Positions 53,159 through 64,000 of a stretch of 64,000 bases of DNA are shown here, one piece after another (the first letter of the stretch is position 1; each line of letters begins with the position of its first letter). The notes below the pieces were generated by a model that saw only the letters and a program-made list of their open reading frames with translations, did no database searches and was not told where the DNA came from. The stretch lies in assembly GCF_009914755.1 (NCBI RefSeq), contig NC_060942.1. One strand, written 5' to 3'. The position numbers were made by a program, and so were the translations under genes. Source of the DNA: the human T2T-CHM13v2.0 reference genome, Homo sapiens.

Positions 53159-53890
53159 GCAAATCAAAACCCCAATGAGATACCATCCCACACCAGTCAG
53201 AATGGCGATCATTAAAAAGTCAGGAAACAACAGGTGCTGGAGAGGATGTGGAGAAATAGGAACACTTTTACACTGTTGGTGGGACTGTAAACTAGTTCAA
53301 CCATTGTGGAAGTCAGTGTGGCGATTCCTCAAGGATCTAGAACTAGAAATACCATTTGACCCAGCAATCCCATTACTGGGTGTATACCCAAAGGAATATA
53401 AATCATGCTGCTATAAAGACACATGCACACGTATGTTTATTGCGGCACTATTCACAATAGCAAAGACTTAGAACCAACCCAAATGTCCAACAACGATAGA
53501 CTGGATTAAGAAAATGTGGCACATATACACCATGGAATACTATACAGCCATAAAAAATGATGAGTTCATGTCCTTTGTAGGGACATGGATGAAGCTGGAA
53601 ACCATCATTCTCAGCAAACTATTGCAAGGACAAAAAACCAAACACTGCATGTTCTCACTCATAGGTGAGAATTGAATAATGAGAAGACATGGACACAGGA
53701 AGGGGAACATCACACACCGGGGCCTGTTGTGGGGTGGGGGGAGGGGGGAGGGATAGCATTAGGAGATATACCTAATGTTAAATGACGAGTTAATGGGTGC
53801 AGCACACCAACATGGCACGTGTATACATATGTAACTAACCTGCACATTGTGCACATGTACCCTAAAACTTAAAGTATAATAATAATAAAA
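53159..53890 (+). mobile_element. 5'-truncated L1PA (about PA4-age) 3' end inserted in the old L1
   Basis: Near-consensus ORF2 C-terminus with the [18 protein letters not shown] knuckle. The 3'UTR has a G-tract at 53731-53752 and ggagatatacctaatgttaaatgacgag (GAG, not ACA). Near-TSD AAAGGACT (53151-53158) / AAAGAACT (53891-53898). Confidence 0.93.
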
Positions 53891-54727
53891 AAAGAACTAC
53901 TAAAAGACTCAACAACAAAAGGACAAATAACCAAACACAAAAATGGGCAAAGGGCTTAAATAGACATTTATCCAAAGAAGATATGCAATGACCAATAAAC
54001 AAATGAAAACATACCAAGTATTCTTAGTTATTTGAGAAAGGAAAATCAAAACCACAATGAGATACCACTTCACACCTACCAGAGGGGTTATGATTTTAAA
54101 AATCAGAAAATAACAAGCATTGGCAAAGATGTGGAGAAATTGGAACCCCTTTTTATTACTGATAGGAGTTTACAACGATGCAGCTACTATGGAAAACAGT
54201 TTGATGGTTTCTCTACAAGTTAAACATACAATTACCATATGATGCAACAATTCCACTCCCAGGTGTACAACCAAAATAATTGAAAACAAGGACCGGAACA
54301 GATATTTGTACCCACTGTTCATTACAGCATTATTCACAATGGCCAGAGAGTGGAAATAACTTACAAGTCTATCAACTGATGAAGAGATAAAAAATGTGGT
54401 ATATACACGTGATGAAATATTACTCAGCCATAAAAAGGAATGAAGTTTGGATGAACCTTGGAAAACATTATGCTAAGTGGAATAAGCCAGTGACTAAAAT
54501 ATAAGATATGACAAATATATGATACTGCTTATATGAAATATCTAGCATACACAAGGTCAGAGAGACAGGAAGTGGATTAGAGGTTACCAGGAGCTTGGAG
54601 GAGGGAAGAATTGAGACTTTACTGCTTGATGGTTACAGAGTTTTGTGTTCAGGGAAGAGATTTGGAAATGGATGGTGGTGACAGTTGCACAACAGTGCAA
54701 ATGTTAGTAACACCACTGAATTGTGTC

Positions 54728-54820
54728 TCAGTTACTGGGAGGCTGAAGAGGGAGGATTCTTTGAGCCAGGGATTTGGAGGCTGGCCTGGGCAACATAGTG
54801 AGACTCCATCTCTAAAAATA
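54728..54820 (+). mobile_element. Alu monomer fragment (FLAM/FRAM-like) in the L1 3'UTR
   Basis: cagttactgggaggctgaagagggaggattctttgagccagg..cctgggcaacatagtgagactccatctctaaaaa. Confidence 0.8.
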
Positions 54821-56348
54821 AATCTAATAATGATTAAAGTGGCAACATTTGTTATATATATTTTACTACAATAAAAAGTTAGAAAAAATCGTGGGACTAT
54901 TTGGAGTGCAATTAACAACATTGAGTTTTATTTCTCCTTCTCCAGACTAACATCTAACAGGTCTGTGGATCAGAAATGATGGTGGAGCAGTTGCCCTTTG
55001 ACATAGCGATAGACCGTGTGGAAATGGTATTCAGTAAGCCCTTGACATCCAAAGGGGTGCACATGCAGACCTTTGCAAATCTCCAATAGAGGGCTGCAGA
55101 AATGTTTGTAGAGTCTCTTGACTTTCTTCAGACTCATATTTTCATAGAGAAATAAGTGTTTCCTGCGTATTTTCTCACCTGCAAGTTTAATCTCTCATGA
55201 ATGGTTGTGTTTTATGAGGAAATAAAGTTTTCAGCACTTTGGAAGTGTGTATAAGGATGGTTAGAAAATCATACTGTCAGGTTGAGATGTGGATTCTCAT
55301 CCTTCCGCCGGCACCTCACCAACCCAGCACTTGGCCACCATCCTTGTGGCACGTAATTCATGTCTGCCACAGCAAAATAGCCAATGTCCTGGAGCCCTGA
55401 GCCCTGTGAGATGTGTAGGAAGTCACCCTGCCCCTGTCTGGCATCTAGTATGAGCTCTAGGCATGTTTGTTGATTGAGTTAGTGAGTCAGTCACTGTCAG
55501 TCAGAGGCACATGCTGGGATGTGTTGCGGGAAGTGGATCGCTGACCCTCTGGTCATGGCACTCCCGCCTTCCTGCTCTGGTATGGGCCTGGATGAGGGTG
55601 CAAGGGTGTCTGCTGGGGTCAGTTCTGCTTCCCCAGATCCCAGCCACCCTCCTCAGCCACACACAGCACTGACCTCACTCCCCATGCGCTGCCCTGCTCT
55701 CAACTTCCACTTCTCCCCAGTGTCTTGGGCAAGCAGAGTGCCCACAAAGACCCCTGTTAGGACGCATGCCTAGCAGGGGTCTTTGTGGCCCTGGTAACCG
55801 CCCTCTCCCTCTCCACCGGCCACTGCAGCTGCATTCACCTCTCCACGCCCAGGCTGCCCTGGTGAAAAGAAGCTCGTTTGTAGACAAAGTGTGGGAGTGT
55901 CTTTACTGTGGGTGAAAGAGCAAACTTGGGGATCTCTTTGCAAAGTGCTGGAGATTGTTAATGATGTCATAATTAGTAGGCAGCACTCAAAGTGTTATGA
56001 CATCATTAACCAGTGATTGTTGTACTCCGTGGCCTTTCTAACTGGCTTGTGATTGGGCCCCAAGGCTGCCTGGCCCTCTGTGAGACCATGTCTGAATAGA
56101 TACCTGAGAGTTAGACCCATGCGCTGGGTCTGGCTGAGGCTGTGTGTAGATCACAGCAGCGTGAGCACTGGCTGTACCTTTGCCCTGTCCTGCTGCTCTC
56201 ACTGTCTGCTGTGTCGGGACACTGAGCAGAAGTGGCGGTGGAATGCACACAGCACAGCGTGTCACAGTGCGCATGGGCTCCCCACTGGAAGGGATGTAGC
56301 ATTGTTTTTCTTTCGTAATGGAGAGAAGAGGGGAAGAAAAGGCCCAGG

Positions 56349-56491
56349 CACTGGTTCTCCAACTCTTGTACATCCGGTCACTGTCCTGAGATTCAGAAGG
56401 TCTGGGGTGTTCTGAGAATTTGCATTTCTGACAAGTTTGCAGAGAGTAATGCTGATGCTGCTGGTTCAGGGACCCACTCGGAGAGTCAGTG
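56349..56491 (+). mobile_element. MER5A DNA transposon, internally deleted
   Basis: cactggttctccaact..gattcagaaggtctggggtgttctgagaatttgcatttctgacaagtt..atgctgatgctgctggttcagggacc. Confidence 0.8.
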
Positions 56492-58266
56492 GCCTGGAGC
56501 ACTGGAGGGCTCCGTGGAGCTGGGGAGGGTGGAGGGATGACGGCCTCGGGATGGCACAAGGAGGTGCCGGGTGAAGAGGAGGTGCCGGAGGCAGGATGGA
56601 GCAGCTCACAGTGGTACCTGGGATGGCCCCGTGGCTTCTGCCAAGCCAAATTCTCCTGTTTCATAAGAATTGCTCACCGGTGAGACTCCATTTTTCTTGA
56701 AGAACAGTGTTGTTTGTTTTATTTTATTTTCTTTCAGGCATATATAGAATCTTTGGCACTATAAAAAGCATTTACCGCATAATTAATATCTAATTGTTCC
56801 CAGAGAAGACACAATCTTATAAGGGGAAGTCATGGGAAGAAGGAAGCTCTGGTCATAAAAACACGATTTCCACCTTCTGTGCAGAGAAACTGCACTCTTA
56901 ATTGTAGGCAGAAGGGTTTCGTTTGGGTGACTTCATCTTCACCACTGGAAGACGCTGCCCACCTCCCAGCCAACCCCCTCCCCAGACCGAGGGTGGACGG
57001 GCCTGGCCGTCAGGGAAGGCCTCGCATTGTGCCATCCAGCCGGGGCTTGGCCACGGCCAGTCTGAGGCAGTGTGGGCTCCTGCGCCTGTTGTCTTTGAAG
57101 TCCCTGCAACCAGATCAGCTCTCTGCTCTCTGAGATCCCAGGGCTGTCGAGCTCATTGAAGCCTGCAAATGGGACAGCACTGGCCTTCCTCCTTTTCATT
57201 CAGCCACTGGACGGGGCTGGCCCACGAGCCAGCAGATAAAAGAAGTCATTTAAGCTTCGATTTCAGATAAAAGACTTGAGGTTCATGAAATGCTCCAGCA
57301 TAACAGTGCAGCTTCTGTTCTGTGCTGCAAAACACATTAGAATACAAACAAAGGGGCTGCTCCGTGGAGCCTGCAGGATCCCGACCCTGTCCAGGCTGGG
57401 TGCCAGGTCTGAGGGTTTGGGCGTCCTCTCCGCCAATGAGAAATCCACCTGGCGGCCTCCTCTGTCCTGTTCACCCACCCACTCCCATCCACTCTGTCTT
57501 CTTACCTTAATTTGCACCTACTTGGCCTTAATGTTGGCAGAAAGGTTACGGAGAGACAGTTTAAGGTCAAGTGCAATAAAATGATTTCATTTACACATCA
57601 CAGAGGTCCCTGGTTAATACACTGCAGAATGTTCTATTCTCATGAATAATCTTGCTTCACAAACATACTCCTTGTTTGTTTTCACTGGGTAGAAAGGGAC
57701 AGGTTTCATAGTTAACAGCGAGCACATCTGAGCAAACACGTACCTCTTTTTCTTGAGTAATGTGTAGAGAACATTTTGTGGTAGTGTTTATGTCTGTCTT
57801 TTGGAAACGTTAGAAGATAGTGTTAATTCTTTACTCATCATCTCAGTATGTCATTATCATTCTCTGAACAGCATTTGTTTGTAGAAGTCAACATTAATTA
57901 ATCTTCTCAACTGAAATGAAAATACTTTATGGGAATACACTGAGAACCCCCCGCCCCCGCCTGCCAGCACATCAGATGGATTGAAGCATTTGAAGGCAGA
58001 ATATAGTTCACAGAAAAAGCAAACCTAATTATAACCTAAAGATCATACATCAGGTGAGTTATGTTCATTTCAAAACAGAGACATTAAAAATGTGTCTTCT
58101 TCTTGCCCAGGCAAAAATCCCACAAGGGTAAGAAAGAGCACGTGGCCTGGATTCTTCATCCCATCTCCAGCTTCTCTAGTTGTTTATTGTAGGCATTTAT
58201 CCCATAGTCTAGGTGTTTCTGCATGAAAATCATATCACAGCCAGACAGATTCAAAAACCTAGTGGG

Positions 58267-58511
58267 GGCTGGGCACTGTGGCTCATGCCTGTAATCCCAG
58301 CACTTTGGGAAGCTGAGGCAGGATGATAGCTTAAGGCCAGGAGTTTGAGTCTCTACAAAAAGTAAAAATTAGCTGGGTGTAGTGATGCATCTGCAGTAGT
58401 CCCAGCTACTCAGGAGGCTGAGGTGGGAGGCTTGCTTGAGCCCAGTTGGAGGCTGCAGTGAGCTATGATCGTGTCACTACACTCCAGTCTGGGCAGCACA
58501 GTAAGATCCCA

Positions 58512-58515
<4 letters not shown>
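58267..58515 (+). mobile_element. AluJ with left-arm deletion
   Basis: The junction gagtttgag|tctctacaaaa lacks the accagcctgggcaac.. segment, and the tail is replaced by (AT)n. Confidence 0.9.

Positions 58516-58561
<46 letters not shown>
58516..58561. repeat. Pure (AT)23 microsatellite
   Basis: Uninterrupted AT dinucleotides at the Alu tail position. Confidence 0.95.
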
Positions 58562-58566
<5 letters not shown>

Positions 58567-58759
58567 GTTTACATTTTATATATATTTATAATATACATAT
58601 TATACAGGGGCGGGGCTTATACACCAGATCCAAATTCAAACACTTTCTTTTTGAGAGACGCAACCTCAGGCCCCAAAGTGAAGTTCCTGAGAGCCTGTGG
58701 CATTTGTCTCTGATCCAGGAACCACCTTAACCCCAGACAAATAGGACCCATGCTCTTGC

Positions 58760-59172
58760 TGATGTGGTTTGGCTCTGTGTCCCACCAGATCTGTTGCTGA
58801 ATTGTAATCCTCAGCATTGAAAGTGGAGTCTGGTAGGAGGTGGTTGGACCATGGGGGTGGTTTCTTGTGAATGACTTAGCACCATCTGTTTGGTACTGTT
58901 GTCGTGGTAGTGAGTTCTCATGAGGTTCGGTTGTTTGAAAGTGTGCAGAACCCGCCTCGTGCTCTTTCTCTCCTGCATTAGCCATTAAGATGTGCTTGCT
59001 CCCCCTTTGCCTTCGCCGTGATTGGAAGCTTCCTGAGGCTTCCCCAGAGGCAGAAGCCACTATGCTTCCTGTACAGGCCCCTGCAGAACTGTGAGCCAGT
59101 TAAACCTCTTTTTTAATATAAATTACCCAGTTTCAGGTATTTTTGATAGCGGTGTAAGAACAGACTAATACA
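58760..59172 (+). mobile_element. MST (MSTA/MSTB) MaLR solo LTR
   Basis: tgatgtggtttggctctgtgtcccacc..gtagtgagttctcatgag..gaactgtgagccagttaaacctcttt..cagactaataca. Confidence 0.9.
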
Positions 59173-60135
59173 GCCGCTAAGCCGTGAGGAATCCTCAACC
59201 AGCCCAGCCCCTGCAGCCCTTGGGCTGCACATTTCCTAGGTCAGCCTGCAAAAACCCTGAGTCAGACATATCCATCCCAACCTCAGGAGTTAGACACGTG
59301 TCAGATTCAAATGGAAGCAACATTGGGAAGCGGCTTCCAGCCCACTGGGTGCAGATCCAAGCCATTGCTCCCTCCATGCAGGACAGAAAGTGATGGTGTG
59401 GCCAGTGCAGCAGTCCTGATACCCCAGTGAGGACTTCGGGGCCAGGTGGGTCTTGCTCCCTTCCTCCTGGACCCAGAGGATGGTCTGCAGGGGAGCAGAG
59501 GAACTGGGATGGAAGTGAAGCCAGTGCCTGGCCAGAGGGAGAGGGGCCACAGGTGCAGATCATGAGAGTGTCTGGAGACTCCAGAAGTAGAGTTGATTCT
59601 ACCCCACACCTACCTGGCACCTTGTCTCAAAGACAACAACAACAAACAACAAAAGGTCTTTGTCTCCCGAGGTTAGGATGGCTGTGTCTGACTCGGGATT
59701 TTTGGGTGGCAGTTAGAGAGGACTCAGGCTGACCCAGGAAATGTGCGGCCCAGGGGCTACAGGTGCTGGGGTTGGTGGAGGATTCCTCATGGTTTAGCAT
59801 GAGCTGAGTCCTGCTTATCTGGGGTTAAGATGGTTTATGGGTTATAGACAAATGCCATGGGCTCCCAGGAGCCACAGTTTGGGGCCTGAGGGTGCTTGCC
59901 CTGGGTCTGGGGTGGCTCCTCTTGATTGCTGGGAAGCACCCAAAGAAGCCTTAGTCACATCCAGTGTTGACGTGACTCCAGAGGGAAGTGGAGCAGACAG
60001 GAGCCTCAAGGGTGCAAACGTTAAGTTTGCTGTTTTCAGTCTGTGCTTGGCACTTTCCTCACTAGATCTTTTTCACTTAGGTTAAACAATTCTTTCTCCC
60101 AGTATGAGGAATGCCAGATTCACAGTGGTGGCTCT

Positions 60136-60438
60136 GTTTTTTGTTTTGTTTTAAGAGATGTCTCACTCTGTGGCCCGGAGACAACAGGATCCCTGGAGCC
60201 CAGGAGCTCAAGGCTGGTTCACTGCAGCTTTGATCTCCTAGGCTCCAGGAATCCTTGTGGCTCAGCCTCCAGAGTAGCTGGGACTCTGGTGCTCGCCACC
60301 ACACCCCGCTGATTTTTTTTTTTTTTTTTTTTTGTAAAGACAGGTTCTTGCTGTGTTGGCCAGGCTGGTCTTAAGCAGTCCTCCTGCCTCAGCCTCCTAA
60401 AGTGCTGGGATTACCGGCATGAGCCACTGGGCCCTGCC
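60136..60438 (-). mobile_element. AluJ carrying an internal inverted duplication
   Basis: A minus-strand Alu in which about 60180-60216 reads as plus-strand Alu sequence; there is also a short left-arm deletion near 60371. Confidence 0.88.
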
Positions 60439-61069
60439 TGGCTGTTCTGTTTTGTATCAATTAATGCAGTGTGTTTTGTGGCCAATGTCCTGGGTGTCTT
60501 TGTAGCTTATGGTGCACACGGACTCCCATTACCCTAAAACACAAGAAATCTTGTGAACAGCCAACAAGACCTGGCCTCTTCCCTCCAGAATTCACAGCCT
60601 CATCAGGAGTACATATGAAACAGCTAGCTCACAATAAGCAGCCGTGCATGACTCCATGCTAAACTGTGTGGTGCAAATAATAAAAGACACAGTCATCAAA
60701 GGAGTCAAGGACAATGGTGTAGAAAGGTGGGGTATGACTGTGCTTCTGACTTTAAGGAAGAAGAAAGGACATTGCAGAGGAACGAAAGAATTTGAGCAAA
60801 GGGATGGAGGAGGAAATGGAAATGGTCTGATCACAGGTGCCCAGGAGATCGGCCTCATTGGAACAGGGTGTTTGTCAGGGGAACGGGAGGTCAGCCTCAT
60901 TAGAATGGGGTGTTTGTCAGGGGAATCTGAGATATAGTTTGGATTAATCCGGGGGGACCAGACTGAAGGGTCTGTAAATCTGTAACAGATTTAAAACTCG
61001 GTATGTTGGCACATGGATGCCTTAAGTGCCTGTGGCTTCCTTATGGAAGGGGCTCTGCTTTGTGGGTGA

Positions 61070-61728
<659 letters not shown>

Positions 61729-63054
61729 AGATGTGGTCTCCAGCAGATATTTGCTTCAGCTTATATTTTTGGACAAAGGAATGGAGTGACATGGATAATA
61801 TTTAAATTGGAATGGACTATGCCTTTTATCTGAAAAAGTTCTCTAATTATATTTTTCTTATCCTTTTTGATGTCTCAAGAAAACTCACTAAGATCCGTTT
61901 ATACAAACATGTTTGAATTTGACCTCACAATGGACTAGGCTTTGTAGGAGACTGAACTCATGGTAATGAATATTAGTAATTTTGGTGGAATTTTTCTGTG
62001 GTAAAGAATGAAACAAGGAATACCAGGAGGATTGGGCCCTAATTTTCCCCAGAGGGGTCCTTCTTTTAGGCCTCACTTTATCTTCTAGCAAGACAGCTGT
62101 GGTGTTAGACTTCTGCTCCTTGGCCTAAAAAAAGCTGGGGCCCCGACCTTCCTGGGCATGGGCGTTTGTTGATGGAACCATGGTCAGAAGAACAAGGAAG
62201 GAGGTCCATGAGGTGGGAAATGCACGCTCACCCGAGAAAGCATCCAGCAGCAGGTCCTCTGTGGCCACCCAGCTGCCTCCATGACCCATGAGAAACAGTA
62301 GCAGAATGCTTCTAGAAGAGCCCTCCCACCTGCCTCTATCAGGCGGGATACTTGTCATGCATTTCTCTTCAGTACTGGCAGAAGCCCAAGCGGAGAAAAC
62401 CTGACTCTGTGCAGGCAGCATGGCTTGGATGTTGATCTTTGGAAACAAAGAGGAGGCTTTCAAAGGCTGAGGGGAGAGCTCAGGTCATGGGATTATGGAA
62501 AGGCAATTAGAGGTGTTTTCTAGACCAAGCCCCTCTTTTCATAGCTGAGAAAACTACAGTTTGGAGAGCAAAGAAGTGAGCCCAGGGGATATCTAAGTGC
62601 TTATGTGACCCCGCACCTCTCGCTCCTTTTGATGAGCCATGTTCGCATTTTGGAAGGAGAAAGGGGGTGCAGAAGAGGCGTCTGATGCAGGCCCTGCTGA
62701 CAGGCAGTCAAGGGCATCCCTCAAGTCGATGTAGTCAAGGGCCAGAGCTGCAGGAAAAATCCAGCAGGCACATCTCACTGGTTAGGGGAAACTGGCGGCT
62801 TTTCCGTGGTCCCGGGCTCGGATAATGCATCTCAGATCAACGAAGGATACCAAAGGCAGGTGCTTTTTACTCATCTGCTCCCACTGACTCCTTCGTCCCC
62901 CTCCTTCCTGCTTCGGACCTACTTCTGATACAGTGAGGGAGAAAGACAAGAGTGGCAAGACAGTGTATTTTCTCTGGAACATAGTCCATCCTCCCCTCCT
63001 CACGGTCTCTGCCTGAGCTCAGAGCCCCATCTGCTTTCCCCCAGACCCTCTTGA

Positions 63055-63212
63055 CTCGGGGTTGTCTGAGAGCCTGCAACATTGGCATCACCTGGGGCTT
63101 GTTGGACATGCTGACTCTTGGATTCCACCCAGGCCTGCTGTAGCATATCTTCTACTGTAACGGAATCGCCAGGTGATGAATATACACATCCAAGTGTTGG
63201 TGTGCTGCCCTA
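63055..63212. mobile_element. MER5A1-like DNA transposon relic
   Basis: caacattggcatcacctggggcttgttggacatgctga..ccacccaggcctgctg..ccaggtgatgaatatacacat. Confidence 0.65.
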
Positions 63213-63357
63213 GAAGGTCAGGATTAACAGTTGGTATTTTCCCGTTGTCCCAAGCACCTATTCTCCTTTAATCCATTCTGAACATCAACTGGGTTCTAGT
63301 TTGAAAACAAAATTCAGCTGTGTCTGTTCTTTGCCTAAAATCCTTGCTTGGCTTCAC

Positions 63358-64000
63358 ATTGCTTTTTTCCTATATATCAACAATAAACAAGTGGAATTTG
63401 AAATTTAAAGCACAAAACCATTTATAATAGCATGCAAGAAATTAAATACTTAGGTAAATCTAACAAAATATGCATGAGATTTATATGAGGAAAACGACAA
63501 AACTGATTAAAGAAGTCAAAGAAGTCAATGGAGAAATATTCCAAGTTCATGGATAGGAAGACTTAATATAGTCAAGATGCCGGTTCTTCCCAAATTCATA
63601 AATGGATTCAATGCACTCCTCATAAAAATCCCAGTGAGTTGTTTTTTGGATACGGAAAAACTGATTCTAAAGTTTATATGGAAAGGGAGACTGCCTGGAG
63701 TAGCCAACACAGTACTGAAGGGCAAGAGCAAAGGAGGAGAAATGACGCTGCCTGCCTTAAAGACTTACCATAAAGCTACAGGCATCAAGATAGGTTGGCA
63801 AAAGAACAGACAGATGGATCAGTTGACAGAGCAGACAGCCCAGAAGCAGATCCACATAAAAATATGGCCTATGAATCTTGACAAAGAAGTAAAGGTAATA
63901 CGGTGGAGGCAAGATTATCTTTTCAACAAATGGTACTGAAACAGCTGGCTCTCCACATGCACACACAAAAAATTGAATCTAAACATAGACCTTACACTTT
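63358..64000 (+). mobile_element. Old L1M ORF2 fragment, runs off the window end
   Basis: ORF 63577-63939 (MPVLPKFINGFNALLIKIP..EKLILKFIWK..TLPALKTYHKAT) is decayed L1 ORF2. Confidence 0.88.

Overview
This is human (or very close great-ape) genomic DNA lying entirely inside the + strand transcription unit of LDLRAD4 (C18orf1, chr18p11.21, a PMEPA1/TMEPAI paralogue). The only protein-coding sequence I can support is one 141-nt phase 1-1 exon (23106-23246) encoding the LDL-receptor class A module; the ORF track misses it because it has no start codon. The window also holds the intronic MIR5190 hairpin (44827-44906), a probable antisense lncRNA (LDLRAD4-AS1 region, with one well-formed minus-strand exon at 10796-10977), and a probable internal promoter/alternative first exon near 49600-49996. 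The rest is intron filled with Alu, MIR, L1, L2, MaLR/ERV solo LTRs and DNA-transposon relics, several of them nested. I find no prokaryote-type system, CRISPR array or novel multi-gene system. The most interesting unexplained signals are at the RNA and regulatory level: a fold-back hairpin inside an Alu, near-abutting inverted Alus beside MIR5190, 5' splice sites directly followed by UG arrays (TDP-43 cryptic-exon architecture), recursive-splice/microexon motifs, and an in-frame young-L1-in-old-L1 chimera. Gene and repeat names come from my recall of known sequences, not from a database search; boundaries of old repeats are approximate.
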